Source: Bacilli bacterium
GTDB lineage: Bacteria > Bacillota_I > Bacilli_A > RFN20 > CAG-826
DNA length: 64,000 bases
Reading direction: 5' to 3'
Assembly (NCBI GenBank): GCA_017940265.1
Contig: JAGAYY010000025.1
Location: 64,711-128,710 of the forward strand
The notes beneath the pieces were generated by a model. That model saw nothing but the letters and a program-made list of their open reading frames with translations, was not told the origin of the DNA and searched no databases. Of this stretch, positions 18,129-27,855 are shown in pieces. Made by a program: the position numbers and the translations under genes. Every line of letters starts with the position of its first letter. Within the stretch, counting starts at the first letter, position 1.

Positions 18129-18592
18129 AAAGTGGCAAAGCATTGATTATAACAGACCCTTGTTATATTGCTAAAGATGATGATTGGGGTAAAGATTTTG
18201 ATTATGAAGAAAATGTAATCAATCTTCCCGAATTTACTGAGTATGAATGGAGTAATACTGGTTTTGGTGATGGATCTTTCAAGGTCTATGAATTAAATGA
18301 AGGTACTGATCCGGAAGAGTGGATAGAGAAGTGGGTAGAAACTGATGATACTGGGAAGGAAGACCTAGAATCTAATGCTAAGGTTCTGGGAGAATTCTGT
18401 GTTGACTCAGGAACTTTTGGAGTTTTTATTCTAGAAGAAGTATTTAAGTATAATCCCGAGTTTATGAAAGAAGTATCATCCAGGTGTTATTGTTCTATCT
18501 ACGGTTATGATGGTCCTTCTATTATGTATTCCGATAATCAAGATAATAATCACCTTATCTTCAAAGGCAATAAAACAATAGTAACTATATGA
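18125..18592 (+). CDS. hypothetical protein
   Basis: 155-aa ORF (ITDPCY...GDGSF...VDSGTFG); family not confidently recognised. Confidence 0.5.
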   Translation: MKSGKALIITDPCYIAKDDDWGKDFDYEENVINLPEFTEYEWSNTGFGDGSFKVYELNEGTDPEEWIEKWVETDDTGKEDLESNAKVLGEFCVDSGTFGVFILEEVFKYNPEFMKEVSSRCYCSIYGYDGPSIMYSDNQDNNHLIFKGNKTIVTI

Positions 18593-19029
18593 AACTTAAG
18601 ATAATCAATACTTCTGGATATCCAAACCCAGATTATAATGGGGAAGGAAATTCAGGGATGGACATAAGAACATGTATTAAAGAACCTGTTACTTTGAACT
18701 CCTTAGAACGTAAATTATTTCCAACTGGTATTAAGATAGAAATTCCGATTGGTTATGAAATACAAGTTAGACCGAGATCAGGGTTAGCTCTTAAGAAGGG
18801 TATAACTGTTCTTAATACACCAGGGACTATTGATGCTTCTTATCAGGGTGAAATAGGAATTGTTCTGGTTAACCTCTCTAAGGAGCCCGTAACAATAAAC
18901 CCCGGAGATAGAATTGCTCAGTTAGTTCTCTCTAAGGTTGAAATTTCAGAAGGATTTGAGGAAATTGAATTCTTTGAACAAACTACAGCCAGAGGAGAAG
19001 GTGGGTATGGTTCGACAGGGATACAATAA
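18589..19029 (+). CDS. dut: dUTP diphosphatase (trimeric dUTPase)
   Basis: GMDIR, RPRSGLALKKGI, PGTIDASYQGEI, GDRIAQLV, RGEGGYGSTG motifs. Confidence 0.9.
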   Translation: MKLKIINTSGYPNPDYNGEGNSGMDIRTCIKEPVTLNSLERKLFPTGIKIEIPIGYEIQVRPRSGLALKKGITVLNTPGTIDASYQGEIGIVLVNLSKEPVTINPGDRIAQLVLSKVEISEGFEEIEFFEQTTARGEGGYGSTGIQ

Positions 19030-19396
19030 TAGAATCAGACGTTTTAAGGGAATGAAGGGATTATCTAGACTGGCAGTTAAAGATAGAATAACTGAATCAA
19101 TCTTATCCCATAATTCTGGCACTCTCAAGCTTAAGTTTTTGGAATCTCAAAGAAAGGAAACAGAAATGGGTGAGTGGAACGAATATTATATACTTTTAAC
19201 TTACCCTGGAATTTCTGAAACCTCCGAATATCTTAGGTACCTTATGAAAGATCTAGATAAGTATCTAGTATTTCTAGGAACTTTAGGTACAGATAACATA
19301 GGACTCCAAGAACTCGAATGTGATAATGGTAATTATGATATTTTAATTTATATAATAAGTAATGGAACAGATAAAGAAAAATACAGAGACATCTAA
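19007..19396 (+). CDS. hypothetical protein
   Basis: ORF 18938..19396; an internal ATG at 19007 (or 19052) limits the overlap with dut. Confidence 0.4.
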   Translation: MVRQGYNNRIRRFKGMKGLSRLAVKDRITESILSHNSGTLKLKFLESQRKETEMGEWNEYYILLTYPGISETSEYLRYLMKDLDKYLVFLGTLGTDNIGLQELECDNGNYDILIYIISNGTDKEKYRDI

Positions 19397-19397
19397 T

Positions 19398-19790
19398 ATG
19401 GGCGTTGAGGTAAAAGATCCTCAGGACCTGGAAAATCAACAGAACATGAGAATCTATGGCTTTGAGGATAGCATTGCCGTAGCTAAGACTATATTTGGTG
19501 GAATTCATGAAATCTTACTGAGAGGAGAGCTAGTTTTTGCTTATCGAAATACAGCATCTAGTAACAAGAAAGACCTATTTCAGGTCATTGTAGTACGTGA
19601 TCTTAGACCATTTGATAATGCGCCTCTGAATACGTATTCGATTAGTACAATAACATCCGGATATACAGCATTAATCCCGCATATGCCTATTGAATATCTA
19701 GATGAAGTAGTATCAGATCTTGAAGCTGGTAAGGTAGAAAAGAAAATTGTTGAAAATTTTAAAGAAATTATTAAAGATCTTAAGAAATGA
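19398..19790 (+). CDS. hypothetical protein
   Basis: ORF 19362..19790; the ATG at 19398 lies just after the upstream stop. Confidence 0.5.
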   Translation: MGVEVKDPQDLENQQNMRIYGFEDSIAVAKTIFGGIHEILLRGELVFAYRNTASSNKKDLFQVIVVRDLRPFDNAPLNTYSISTITSGYTALIPHMPIEYLDEVVSDLEAGKVEKKIVENFKEIIKDLKK

Positions 19791-20803
19791 GACTTATATC
19801 AATAGATTTAGGTTATTCAAATGTAAAAATTTGCTATTATAATGAAGATGGAGCACTCCAATTTGATAAATATATTAGTGCAGTAGCTAAAATTGATAAT
19901 CCGATGGAGCTTGATAATGATGTAATGTTTAATCTCCCCGGAACTACTGACACGTACGTAATGGGTGCAGCCTCTCTTAAACTTAGTAGAAATTATCTAG
20001 TTGACCTACATGACTACGAAAGTCTCAAGAGTGTGTATCCTGTTTGGATTTCATACATCTTGGCCAAATATGGTGGAATAGATAGCTTTGATCATGTTAT
20101 CATTGGACTATCACTGGCTTTTTCTGATAAAGCTGATGATCTATTGTCCTACTTATATGATACACTCATGATTCAGAAGGAGAATTATTTCTATGTTCTC
20201 CCTCAAGCTCTTTCCTGCAAACTGGGGTATTCATTAAAGGGATTAGATATTACGGATACAAAAACTGGTGCAACTGGTAGTACTGAACTGCAGAATTATA
20301 TTATCTTGGATGGTGGATTTTATACCTTAGATTGGGCTACAGTCTTGGGTTCGAAAGCATCAGCAGGAGCAGCTATTGGTATTAAAGATTCGGGAGTTAT
20401 TCAAATTGTTTATAACATTATTGATTATCTCTTCAAGACTTACCAGATGAAAGTATCCTTAAAAGAAGGACAGAATATTCTTGATAATGAGGGTATTTTT
20501 GTCAGACGCGGTAGAAAATATGATATCTCTGAGAAAGTTAAGGAATTCACAAAAAAATATATTGGTGACGTCTTTAATCTACTCGAAACTAATGCCGGTG
20601 ACTCTATGGACTCCTCGGACGGTATCATTTGTGTTGGTGGATTGGCATACTTCTTGGGTAAATATGAACATGATCCGGATGTTATTGGAGAAATCGAAAA
20701 ACATATATCTCGATCCTTTATCCATTACCCCACCCATCACGCAGAATTCTATAACGCATTCTCTTACTTGAAAGCAGGTGAGAAAATGCTAGGACTTATT
20801 TAA
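19787..20803 (+). CDS. actin-like ATPase (ParM/Alp-type)
   Basis: Phosphate-1 ISIDLGYSNVK, phosphate-2 ILDGGFYTLDWA, and a late VGGLAY adenosine-like motif. Confidence 0.65.
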   Translation: MRLISIDLGYSNVKICYYNEDGALQFDKYISAVAKIDNPMELDNDVMFNLPGTTDTYVMGAASLKLSRNYLVDLHDYESLKSVYPVWISYILAKYGGIDSFDHVIIGLSLAFSDKADDLLSYLYDTLMIQKENYFYVLPQALSCKLGYSLKGLDITDTKTGATGSTELQNYIILDGGFYTLDWATVLGSKASAGAAIGIKDSGVIQIVYNIIDYLFKTYQMKVSLKEGQNILDNEGIFVRRGRKYDISEKVKEFTKKYIGDVFNLLETNAGDSMDSSDGIICVGGLAYFLGKYEHDPDVIGEIEKHISRSFIHYPTHHAEFYNAFSYLKAGEKMLGLI

Positions 20804-20810
20804 ACAATGG

Positions 20811-20850
20811 AAGATTATGACTTTTAGAAATAAAGGCCATAATCTTTTAT
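20811..20850 (+). terminator. hairpin terminator after the actin-like gene
   Basis: AAGATTATG-loop-CATAATCTT followed by TTAT. Confidence 0.5.
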
Positions 20851-20863
20851 ATTAGACAAGTAT

Positions 20864-21358
20864 ATGGATAAAATTTGTTACGGTCAAGCATATATAATCG
20901 ATGATCAGCTTATCCAGGACACAATCACTTTCACAGAAACGGGCCAGTCTTTTAATGGTACTAATGTGATTATTGAAAATATCTGGGAAGATCTATTGGC
21001 CAGCTCTCATCAATACAAAAAGTCGGGGAAAAAGTACTTCTATTGGGAATATACACAAACCAACGATGAAGGACAGGATATCTTTATTAAATATGAAGCT
21101 CCGACACCAAAAGAAAACCTATTCGGTGAAGACTTAAACCCTGATGACTGGGAAGGGGAATATCCGAAATATTGGGTAAGTAAAATCGTAGAAAGTATTA
21201 AGAACTACGAAGATAAGGCAGCTATTCAAAAGAAGGAAATTATTTTTGCCGACAATAAAACTGTTAACTTTGAAACTGGGGAACCACAAAATAATTCGGG
21301 GTATACAGTTAAAAATACAGATACCGGATTCATTGAGAGTCTGTTATCCTTATTTTAG
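20864..21358 (+). CDS. hypothetical protein
   Basis: 164-aa ORF. Confidence 0.5.
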   Translation: MDKICYGQAYIIDDQLIQDTITFTETGQSFNGTNVIIENIWEDLLASSHQYKKSGKKYFYWEYTQTNDEGQDIFIKYEAPTPKENLFGEDLNPDDWEGEYPKYWVSKIVESIKNYEDKAAIQKKEIIFADNKTVNFETGEPQNNSGYTVKNTDTGFIESLLSLF

Positions 21359-21361
21359 TAT

Positions 21362-21739
21362 ATGAAGCTAAAAGACCTAAAAGAACGTGGAAAGATCTAT
21401 GATAGTATTGGATCTCTCCCCTCAACCATTAAACATAAAAGATACGACCCTACATGTGATGATTGGGTGAATGAAGATGATGATTGGGTATTATCCATAA
21501 CCGGAGCACCACAATCAATTTATCCTCATCCTGGACCTACCAGAAAATATAGGGTTGGTTATGTTCTCCATGGTTATGAAGGAGAAAAGCAAGTAATACC
21601 TTTTGAGCCGGAAATCTATGAAGATATGAAGGCACTAGAAGTAGATCTCGGTGGCGGTTATTTCGGTGATTCATTAGTAGAGCTTATAGATAGACTCAGG
21701 AGATGGTTGGAGCGAGAAAAGGTCGAAGAAAATTCATAG
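21362..21739 (+). CDS. hypothetical protein
   Basis: 125-aa ORF. Confidence 0.5.
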   Translation: MKLKDLKERGKIYDSIGSLPSTIKHKRYDPTCDDWVNEDDDWVLSITGAPQSIYPHPGPTRKYRVGYVLHGYEGEKQVIPFEPEIYEDMKALEVDLGGGYFGDSLVELIDRLRRWLEREKVEENS

Positions 21740-21790
21740 AACTGATTACATAAACTTTTTAAAAAGTAAAGTAGTCAGTTCTTCTTTTTC
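21740..21790 (+). terminator. long hairpin terminator
   Basis: AACTGATTAC...GTAGTCAGTT outer stem, ACTTTTT/AAAAAGT inner stem, followed by a T-rich tract. Confidence 0.55.
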
Positions 21791-21792
21791 TT

Positions 21793-21835
21793 CGTCAAAA
21801 CACGCTCCGGAAGGTCTGAGTTCTTTATATCTGGT
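21793..21835 (+). promoter_or_regulatory. divergent copy of the recurrent intergenic motif
   Basis: GTCAAAACACGCTCCGGAAGG... resembles the ATAAAACGCG..CCGGAGG copies; ends at the ATG at 21836. Confidence 0.3.
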
Positions 21836-22030
21836 ATGAAAAATAAAATATATATTTATAACAAAACCGGGAACCAATATCGTGTTCTCGGTGATGCAAA
21901 ATTCAAACACCCAGAGACTCGTGAATGGGTGAAGTGTATAATCTATCAATCTGTAGATACCGGTGAAACCTATGTCAGAGAAACCGGAGAATTTATGGAG
22001 AGATTTACAGAACAAATTAAATCTTTTTAA
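21836..22030 (+). CDS. DUF1653-like small protein
   Basis: IY.....G..Y.VLG.AKF..PET.EWV...IYQS...GETYVRE..EF fits the DUF1653 pattern. Confidence 0.55.
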   Translation: MKNKIYIYNKTGNQYRVLGDAKFKHPETREWVKCIIYQSVDTGETYVRETGEFMERFTEQIKSF

Positions 22031-22031
22031 T

Positions 22032-22961
22032 ATGCTAGTAATTAAAAGAGATGAAACAAGAGAGGCCTTTAATCTTGAAAAAATTCATAAGGCTGTAGAT
22101 GCAACTTTTAAAAGTTGTGGGTTACAAATTTCTCAAGGTGTGTTAGATGATTTAGATAAGTATGTTGAAGATAATCTAGATCTTGCTCGTGAGGAAGATA
22201 TCGAAGTTGATGAAATTCATAATGTTGTCGAACAATTCCTTATGAAAAATAATTTTTTCGATGTTTCTCGTGAATATATACTTTGTCGTCATCATAAGGC
22301 ACTAGAAAGAGCTGAACATGAACGTCTTACTAAGGGTATCTCTGAAAAACTTGCAGCGTCTAATGTACAAAACCAAAATGCTAATCTAGATGAACATTCA
22401 TTTGGTGGGCGTATCGGAGAGGCAAGCAGATATGTAACAAAAGACTTTGCTCTAAACTTCTGTATGAGCAAGATGTCAAAAAAGAATCATTTAAATAATG
22501 AAATTTATATTCATGATTTAGATTCTTATGCAGTTGGTATGCATAACTGTTTAACTATTCCATTTGATGATCTTCTTGCTAATGGATTTAACACTAGACA
22601 AGTAGATATAAGACCAGCAAATAGTATTAATACTGCGTTTCAATTAATTGCAGTAATTTTTCAAATTCAAAGCTTACAACAGTTTGGAGGGGTATCAGCA
22701 AGTCATCTTGACTGGACAATGGTACCTTATGTAAGAAAATCTTTTTATAAACATTATAAAGAAGGTTTAGAATTTATTCTAGATTATACAGAAGACCAAA
22801 TAGAAAATTTTGACATAGATGATACTATGTCAATTGAAAGTGATAAATATAAAAGTGAGCAGAAAGTATATGACTATGCTATGAAGCTTACAACAAAAGA
22901 GCTAAATCAGGCTGCAGAAGGAATATATCATAATCTCAATAGTCTGCAGTCACGTTCCGGT
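22032..22961 (+). CDS. nrdD: anaerobic ribonucleoside-triphosphate reductase, exon 1
   Basis: N-terminal ATP-cone-like VIKRDETREAFNLEKI. The NrdD-like sequence ends at ...NSLQSRSG and resumes at 24140. Confidence 0.8.
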
Positions 22962-24139
22962 AAAACAAAAGTTGCCGCACTAATTAGTTAGTGAAACATT
23001 CCGTAAAATCGGTGAAGACTAAAAATAAATTTTTTAAAATTATGAAACGAACTAGTCCAGATATTGAAAAACAGGTTATAAGTGAGTATAATAATGGAAA
23101 ATCTTTATCTAAGCTTGGAGAATCTTATGGATTAAGTCCAGTTACAGTACTTAATATTTTAAAAAGAAATAATATTCAAGTACGAACTAAAGGAGGAATT
23201 TATAAACTAGATGAAGACTCTATTATAAATAAATATAAATCTGGTAAATCATGTAGGGAAATTGCAGAAGAAAATGGTGTATGCCTAAAAACAATATGTA
23301 ATACTCTAGAAAAGAATAATATAGCCAGAGATAATATCTATCACAATAAAAGCCTAATTTCTAATTATTGGGAAGAAATCAATACATACGATAAGGCATA
23401 TTTCCTTGGGGTTTTTAATAACCGATGGAAATGTTTTTGGGAATAATGTTCGTTTGCAACTTTCTAGCAAAGATGAATATATTTTAAAAATATTTTCAGA
23501 TAAAACAAATAATAGCAATAATATTAACATTGACAAACGAGGGTTCTCATCTTTTAATATAAAACGAAAAGTATGGGTCGAAGATTTATCCAAGTATGGA
23601 GTTATTCCAAATAAAACAAAATCTGTATATCTACCTAGTATAAGAGAAGATCTAATGTCTCATTTACTTAGAGGTATTTTTTGATGGGGATGGTTGGATA
23701 ACATTAAAGGGTCATACTATTGGTCTATGTGGAAATGAATTATTAACTACACAGGTCAGAGATTATCTAGTTAGTACTTTGAGCGTATATAATGTAAAAG
23801 TTATCAAGAATAATGATAATCTTTGGAGTGTGTCTTGGGCTAGTAAAAAAGATATAAAATTAATAGGTGACTACCTCTATAAAGATAAAAATAATTGCTA
23901 TTTAGTTAGAAAGTTTAATAATTTTGAAAGTATTATTCATGTTGATACCGAGGTAAGTTCTGATATTTCGAAAGGATCAGAAACACCGTAGAGCATAGGA
24001 AGTGAATAAATATAATCTTCCCACGAGTATGGAACATCTTAGGATGAAAATATATGCCGAACTGGACCAGAATTAACTGGTTATAATGAGAGAAATCTCC
24101 AGATCTATAGGATAAAAAGCCTATAGGATAACACAATTG
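22962..24139 (+). mobile_element. group I-type intron interrupting nrdD (boundaries inferred)
   Basis: Exon 1 ends in T and the insert ends in G. Removing the insert joins LQSRSG to NQLPFTSLNYG in frame. The insert has stops in the exon frame and carries a homing-endonuclease ORF. Confidence 0.65.
23042..23991 (+). pseudogene. LAGLIDADG homing endonuclease with two N-terminal HTH repeats, broken by two frameshifts
   Basis: The motifs YFLG(F)LITDGNV and IFDGDGWITLKG become contiguous only if one G is removed from the run at 23408-23411 and one T from the run at 23677-23682. Confidence 0.65.
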
Positions 24140-25393
24140 AACCAACTTCCATTTACAAGTTTAAATTATGGAACTTGTACTCTTATTGAGGGTAAAATGG
24201 TAATCAAAGCTCTTTTAGAAGGATCTATTAAAGGTGTTGGAAAATTCCATAAAACACCAATCTTCCCTTGCGGTATTTTCCAATACATGAAAGGTGTAAA
24301 TGATAAACCAGGAACACCAAACTATGAACTATATCGTTTAGCTTTAGAGTCTACTTCCAAACGACTTTATCCCAATTATGCAAACGTAGATTGGAGCGGA
24401 AATGCCGGATATGATATAAATGATCCTAGAACTTATTTCAGCACAATGGGTTGTAGGACAGCTAATGGATATGATATAAATGGGCTCGGTCAGCTTAAAG
24501 ATGGAAGAGGAAATATCTGTCCTGTTACGATTATTCTTCCTACACTAGCTATGGAAGCCGATCGTGATGTTGAAAAATTTATGCGTCTCTTAGGAAGAAA
24601 AATTAAAGAGGCCAAAGATATGTTGATTGAAAGATTCAATTGGATTTGTGGCCAAAGTCCAGAGTCTGCACGTTTTATGTATGAGAATAATACTATGGCC
24701 GGTTATATTCCAGAAGAAGGAATAAGATCCGCACTTAAACATGGAACTATAGTAATTGGTCAACTTGGTTTAGCAGAAACTCTTCAATTATTAATAGGCA
24801 CTGATCATACTACCGAAGAAGGAATGAAATTAGCTAAGCGTATTGAATCTTTATTTAAGAAACGTTGTGCAGAATATAAAGAAGAGTATAAATTAAATTT
24901 TGGCGTTTATTTCACTCCAGCAGAAAATCTATGTTATACTGCGTTAAAGAAGTTTAGAACTAAATATGGGATAATCCCTAACGTTAGTGACAGAGAATTT
25001 TTCACCAATTCAATTCATGTTCCTGTTTGGAGAGATATGGATCCTTTTGAAAAGATTGATATTGAATCACAATTAACGGGTTATTCTTCTGCAGGATGTA
25101 TTACGTATGTAGAGCTTCCTTCAACTACAATGCACAATATCGATGCTCTTGAAACACTAGTAAATTATGCAATGGACCACGACATTCCTTATTTTGCTTG
25201 TAATCTTCCAAATGATATCTGTAATGGATGTGGGTATACTGGTGAATTCAATGATAAATGTCCTCAATGTGGTTCTACAGATATTAGTCAACTGAGACGA
25301 GTGACTGGGTATCTTACTGGTGATTATAAATCTGCATTTAACATAGGAAAACAAGACGAGGTTGAAAATAGAGTAAAACATATTAAAAACTAA
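24140..25393 (+). CDS. nrdD: anaerobic ribonucleoside-triphosphate reductase, exon 2
   Basis: NQLPFTSLNYGT, a C-terminal Cys4 ribbon CNGCGY...CPQCGS, and the glycyl-radical motif RRVTGYL. Confidence 0.85.
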   Translation, partial: NQLPFTSLNYGTCTLIEGKMVIKALLEGSIKGVGKFHKTPIFPCGIFQYMKGVNDKPGTPNYELYRLALESTSKRLYPNYANVDWSGNAGYDINDPRTYFSTMGCRTANGYDINGLGQLKDGRGNICPVTIILPTLAMEADRDVEKFMRLLGRKIKEAKDMLIERFNWICGQSPESARFMYENNTMAGYIPEEGIRSALKHGTIVIGQLGLAETLQLLIGTDHTTEEGMKLAKRIESLFKKRCAEYKEEYKLNFGVYFTPAENLCYTALKKFRTKYGIIPNVSDREFFTNSIHVPVWRDMDPFEKIDIESQLTGYSSAGCITYVELPSTTMHNIDALETLVNYAMDHDIPYFACNLPNDICNGCGYTGEFNDKCPQCGSTDISQLRRVTGYLTGDYKSAFNIGKQDEVENRVKHIKN

Positions 25394-25401
25394 GGGAACA
25401 T

Positions 25402-25896
25402 ATGAGATATCATAAAATAACAAGCCCAGATATTAATAGTGGTTTAGGGTTTAGAGTAACTTTATGGCTATCTGGATGTTCACTTAATTGTAAATTTTGT
25501 CATAATCCAGAAACACATAATCCTTTAAGTGGAAAAGAGTTCACAAATGAATCCATGACAGAACTTCTTGATAAACTAGGAAAACCATATATAAAAGGGT
25601 TAACCATAAGTGGTGGAAATCCATTTGACTCAGATCATCAGGAATTACTCAGTTTAATAAAAATAGTTAAAGAAAAGTATCCGAAAAAAGATATTTGGAT
25701 ATTTTCAGGATATACTTTAGAAGAAAGTATGAAAGATTCAACTTTAACCGAAATTCTTGAAAACATAGATGTTCTTGTTGATGGAAGATTTGATTATACT
25801 AAAAGAAATGTTTCATTAGCTTTTAGAGGATCAGAAAATCAGGTTATTTGGGAAAAAGATTCTAGTGGAAAGTTTATTAAAAGTAAATTAAATTAA
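25402..25896 (+). CDS. nrdG: anaerobic RNR activating protein (radical SAM)
   Basis: CSLNCKFCHNPE (CxxxCxxC); size and position directly after nrdD. Confidence 0.85.
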   Translation: MRYHKITSPDINSGLGFRVTLWLSGCSLNCKFCHNPETHNPLSGKEFTNESMTELLDKLGKPYIKGLTISGGNPFDSDHQELLSLIKIVKEKYPKKDIWIFSGYTLEESMKDSTLTEILENIDVLVDGRFDYTKRNVSLAFRGSENQVIWEKDSSGKFIKSKLN

Positions 25897-26108
25897 AATA
25901 AAGGAGTGATAGTTAGGTATTAAAAGCCTATCTATTGCTTCTTATTTCTATATAGTAGACATGGATTTAGGAATTAGGACACTAATATATAAAGGAACCT
26001 TACCTATCCGGAAGGGAAATAAAAAGAAGAGTAAACCATCCCTTCGAGGATTAATTGAGTTCGGTAATTCAATGTGGATAGATCAAAATACAGGTTACGT
26101 ATATTATT

Positions 26109-26546
26109 ATGAGCAAAACAATAATTAGTTCTGTTACTCTCCTGAAGAAACTAGAGAATTCGGAGTGGCTGTTTCTATATCCTATCAGAGGAGTAGTCGA
26201 AGAAGGGTGTTGGGGTCCGGAGAGTGAAGTCTTAGATATAATCGCAGGAAGTTTTGGTGCTGAAGTTATTACAATAAGAGAAGCTTCTGGGTTATGGATG
26301 TTTATATTTCCTGACACCAAAGACCTGAATCGACTTCGCCCAATATACAGAGTTATCAATGAGCTTGATGGTGAGAGCGTACTAGAACTTATGATCCTCG
26401 ACGAAAAACTGACCGAGGTAGAGGAAGGGTCGGAAGAAGAGGAAGATATAATAGCTCCGCAGATAGAGGTTCCTAATCCCGACCCAGACTATACCTCGGA
26501 AGAAGAATCGTCGATAACACAAGCAATAATAAATGGAAATAATTAA
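26109..26546 (+). CDS. hypothetical protein with acidic C-terminus
   Basis: 145-aa ORF. Confidence 0.5.
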   Translation: MSKTIISSVTLLKKLENSEWLFLYPIRGVVEEGCWGPESEVLDIIAGSFGAEVITIREASGLWMFIFPDTKDLNRLRPIYRVINELDGESVLELMILDEKLTEVEEGSEEEEDIIAPQIEVPNPDPDYTSEEESSITQAIINGNN

Positions 26547-27186
26547 TTACATAGAAACTTGTAATCCTGTATATGGTTGTTCTATTGGCTGCCCTTATTG
26601 TTATGCCGCTAGACTAAATACCAGATTCAAGATTACACCAGACTTCAAGGTTCCGACTATTATGCCCCAAGCTTTGAAGAAAATACATTCTAGGTCACCG
26701 AAGACATTTTTTATGACAAGCATGAGTGATTTATCGGGATGGCCAGAAGATTGGAGAGAAGAAGTTTTTAATGAGATGAGGAAATACCCAAGGAACAGCT
26801 ATCTATTCTTAACTAAACGCCCGGATTTTATTACCATAGATATACGAGATATCCCCGGTGCTTGGATAGGTGTAACGGTAACAGGAAAACAGGATCTTTG
26901 GAGAATCCTGAAGATGAAACAAAACCTGAAAGCTCAAAATTATTGTATCTGTTTTGAGCCTCTACATAATTCGGTGGGGAAAGTTAATCTTAGTGGAATA
27001 GGATATATTGTAATTGGTGCAGAGACAGGAAACCGGGTAGGTAAGATTATCCCTAAGAAAGAATGGATTACCGAGATATCCGAATCTGCCAAAGGTATTC
27101 CAGTGTGGATGAAGGATAGCTTATTAGGAATAGTGGGTGAAGAAAGTTTTATCCAAGAACTTCCCAAATCGATGAAACACGCTTGA
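26533..27186 (+). CDS. DUF5131 (phage Gp37/Gp68) family protein
   Basis: CNPVYGCSIGCPYCYAARL, FMTSMSDL, FLTKRPD match the family signature. Confidence 0.75.
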   Translation: MEIINYIETCNPVYGCSIGCPYCYAARLNTRFKITPDFKVPTIMPQALKKIHSRSPKTFFMTSMSDLSGWPEDWREEVFNEMRKYPRNSYLFLTKRPDFITIDIRDIPGAWIGVTVTGKQDLWRILKMKQNLKAQNYCICFEPLHNSVGKVNLSGIGYIVIGAETGNRVGKIIPKKEWITEISESAKGIPVWMKDSLLGIVGEESFIQELPKSMKHA

Positions 27187-27231
27187 GAGGGCTGGATAAC
27201 CTTATACTCGAAAAAAAAAAGAACCCGGAAA

Positions 27232-27254
27232 GGAATTCATCCAATCCAGGTACC
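27232..27254 (+). repeat. exact 23-nt direct repeat, copy 1
   Basis: GAATTCATCCAATCCAGGTACCC is identical at 27645-27667. About 25 nt of weaker similarity follows in both copies. Confidence 0.9.
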
Positions 27255-27507
27255 CCTTTTATTGAGGATTTTTGATACTTACCCTACTTCACTTCTGGTG
27301 TTCTCGTCTAGGAGTTCATTAAGAAATAATTGTCCCTCGGTATTCGACTTTCTTGTGAGGCCAATTAAATTTCTCTAACGAAACTCTCTTTCTTTGAATC
27401 TGAGAAACCGGTTTAGGATATCTCAATCCACTTAAGAGGTTGTTTTTGAAACTTACCAACATATTTATTAATTTTGGCAGGTTAATACCGTGCATTTTCT
27501 TTATTAC

Positions 27508-27570
27508 AACCAAGAAAATTAAACCCAATTCCCTTACGCACGGTGATATGGGGGAATTGGTTTCTTGGTT
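27508..27570. other. long imperfect hairpin in a non-coding island
   Basis: AACCAAGAAA + CCCAATTCCC pair with GGGAATTGG + TTTCTTGGTT, with a 6-nt bulge and a 16-nt loop. Confidence 0.7.
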
Positions 27571-27596
27571 ATAGATCAGAGCTCTTAATCTCCTTT

Positions 27597-27607
27597 CATA
27601 TATAAGG
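27597..27607 (+). promoter_or_regulatory. CATATATAAGG motif copy
   Basis: Exact 11-mer followed by cTTTTAGGCtt..AAACGG, as at 28882 and 58415. Confidence 0.5.
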
Positions 27608-27644
27608 CTTTTAGGCTTTATAAAACGGAAGAAAACCTGGAGAT

Positions 27645-27667
27645 GAATTCATCCAATCCAGGTACCC
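27645..27667 (+). repeat. exact 23-nt direct repeat, copy 2
   Basis: Identical to 27232-27254. Confidence 0.9.
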
Positions 27668-27855
27668 TATTTGTTGAGATCTTTCTTACCACTTAATGTA
27701 AATTACCTAGGAAGTTTAACAATCGGATAACGAGGCTGCTTTTTTTGTGGAAACTAAACGGATGATCTTGATTAGTGCTTCCTCCAAAAGTAATTTATGC
27801 ATTAGGAAATCGAATATTCCCTTTATGCATGGAAATTTCAAGACGGTAACAAATT

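Noticed and set aside
22962-24139. Intein instead of intron in nrdD
   Set aside because: The exon-1 frame hits a stop at 22989-22991 shortly after the junction, and the insert is not a continuous in-frame ORF with the exons. Both facts argue for an RNA-level (intron) element.
27319-27528. 69-aa minus-strand ORF inside the non-coding island
   Set aside because: It is an isolated antisense orientation in a plus block, and its start lies inside the long hairpin. It has no motif and a basic low-complexity composition. I kept it only as an alternative explanation in the island finding.
27232-27667. CRISPR-like array
   Set aside because: There are only two copies of the 23-mer, about 413 bp apart, with no regular repeat-spacer periodicity and no cas genes.
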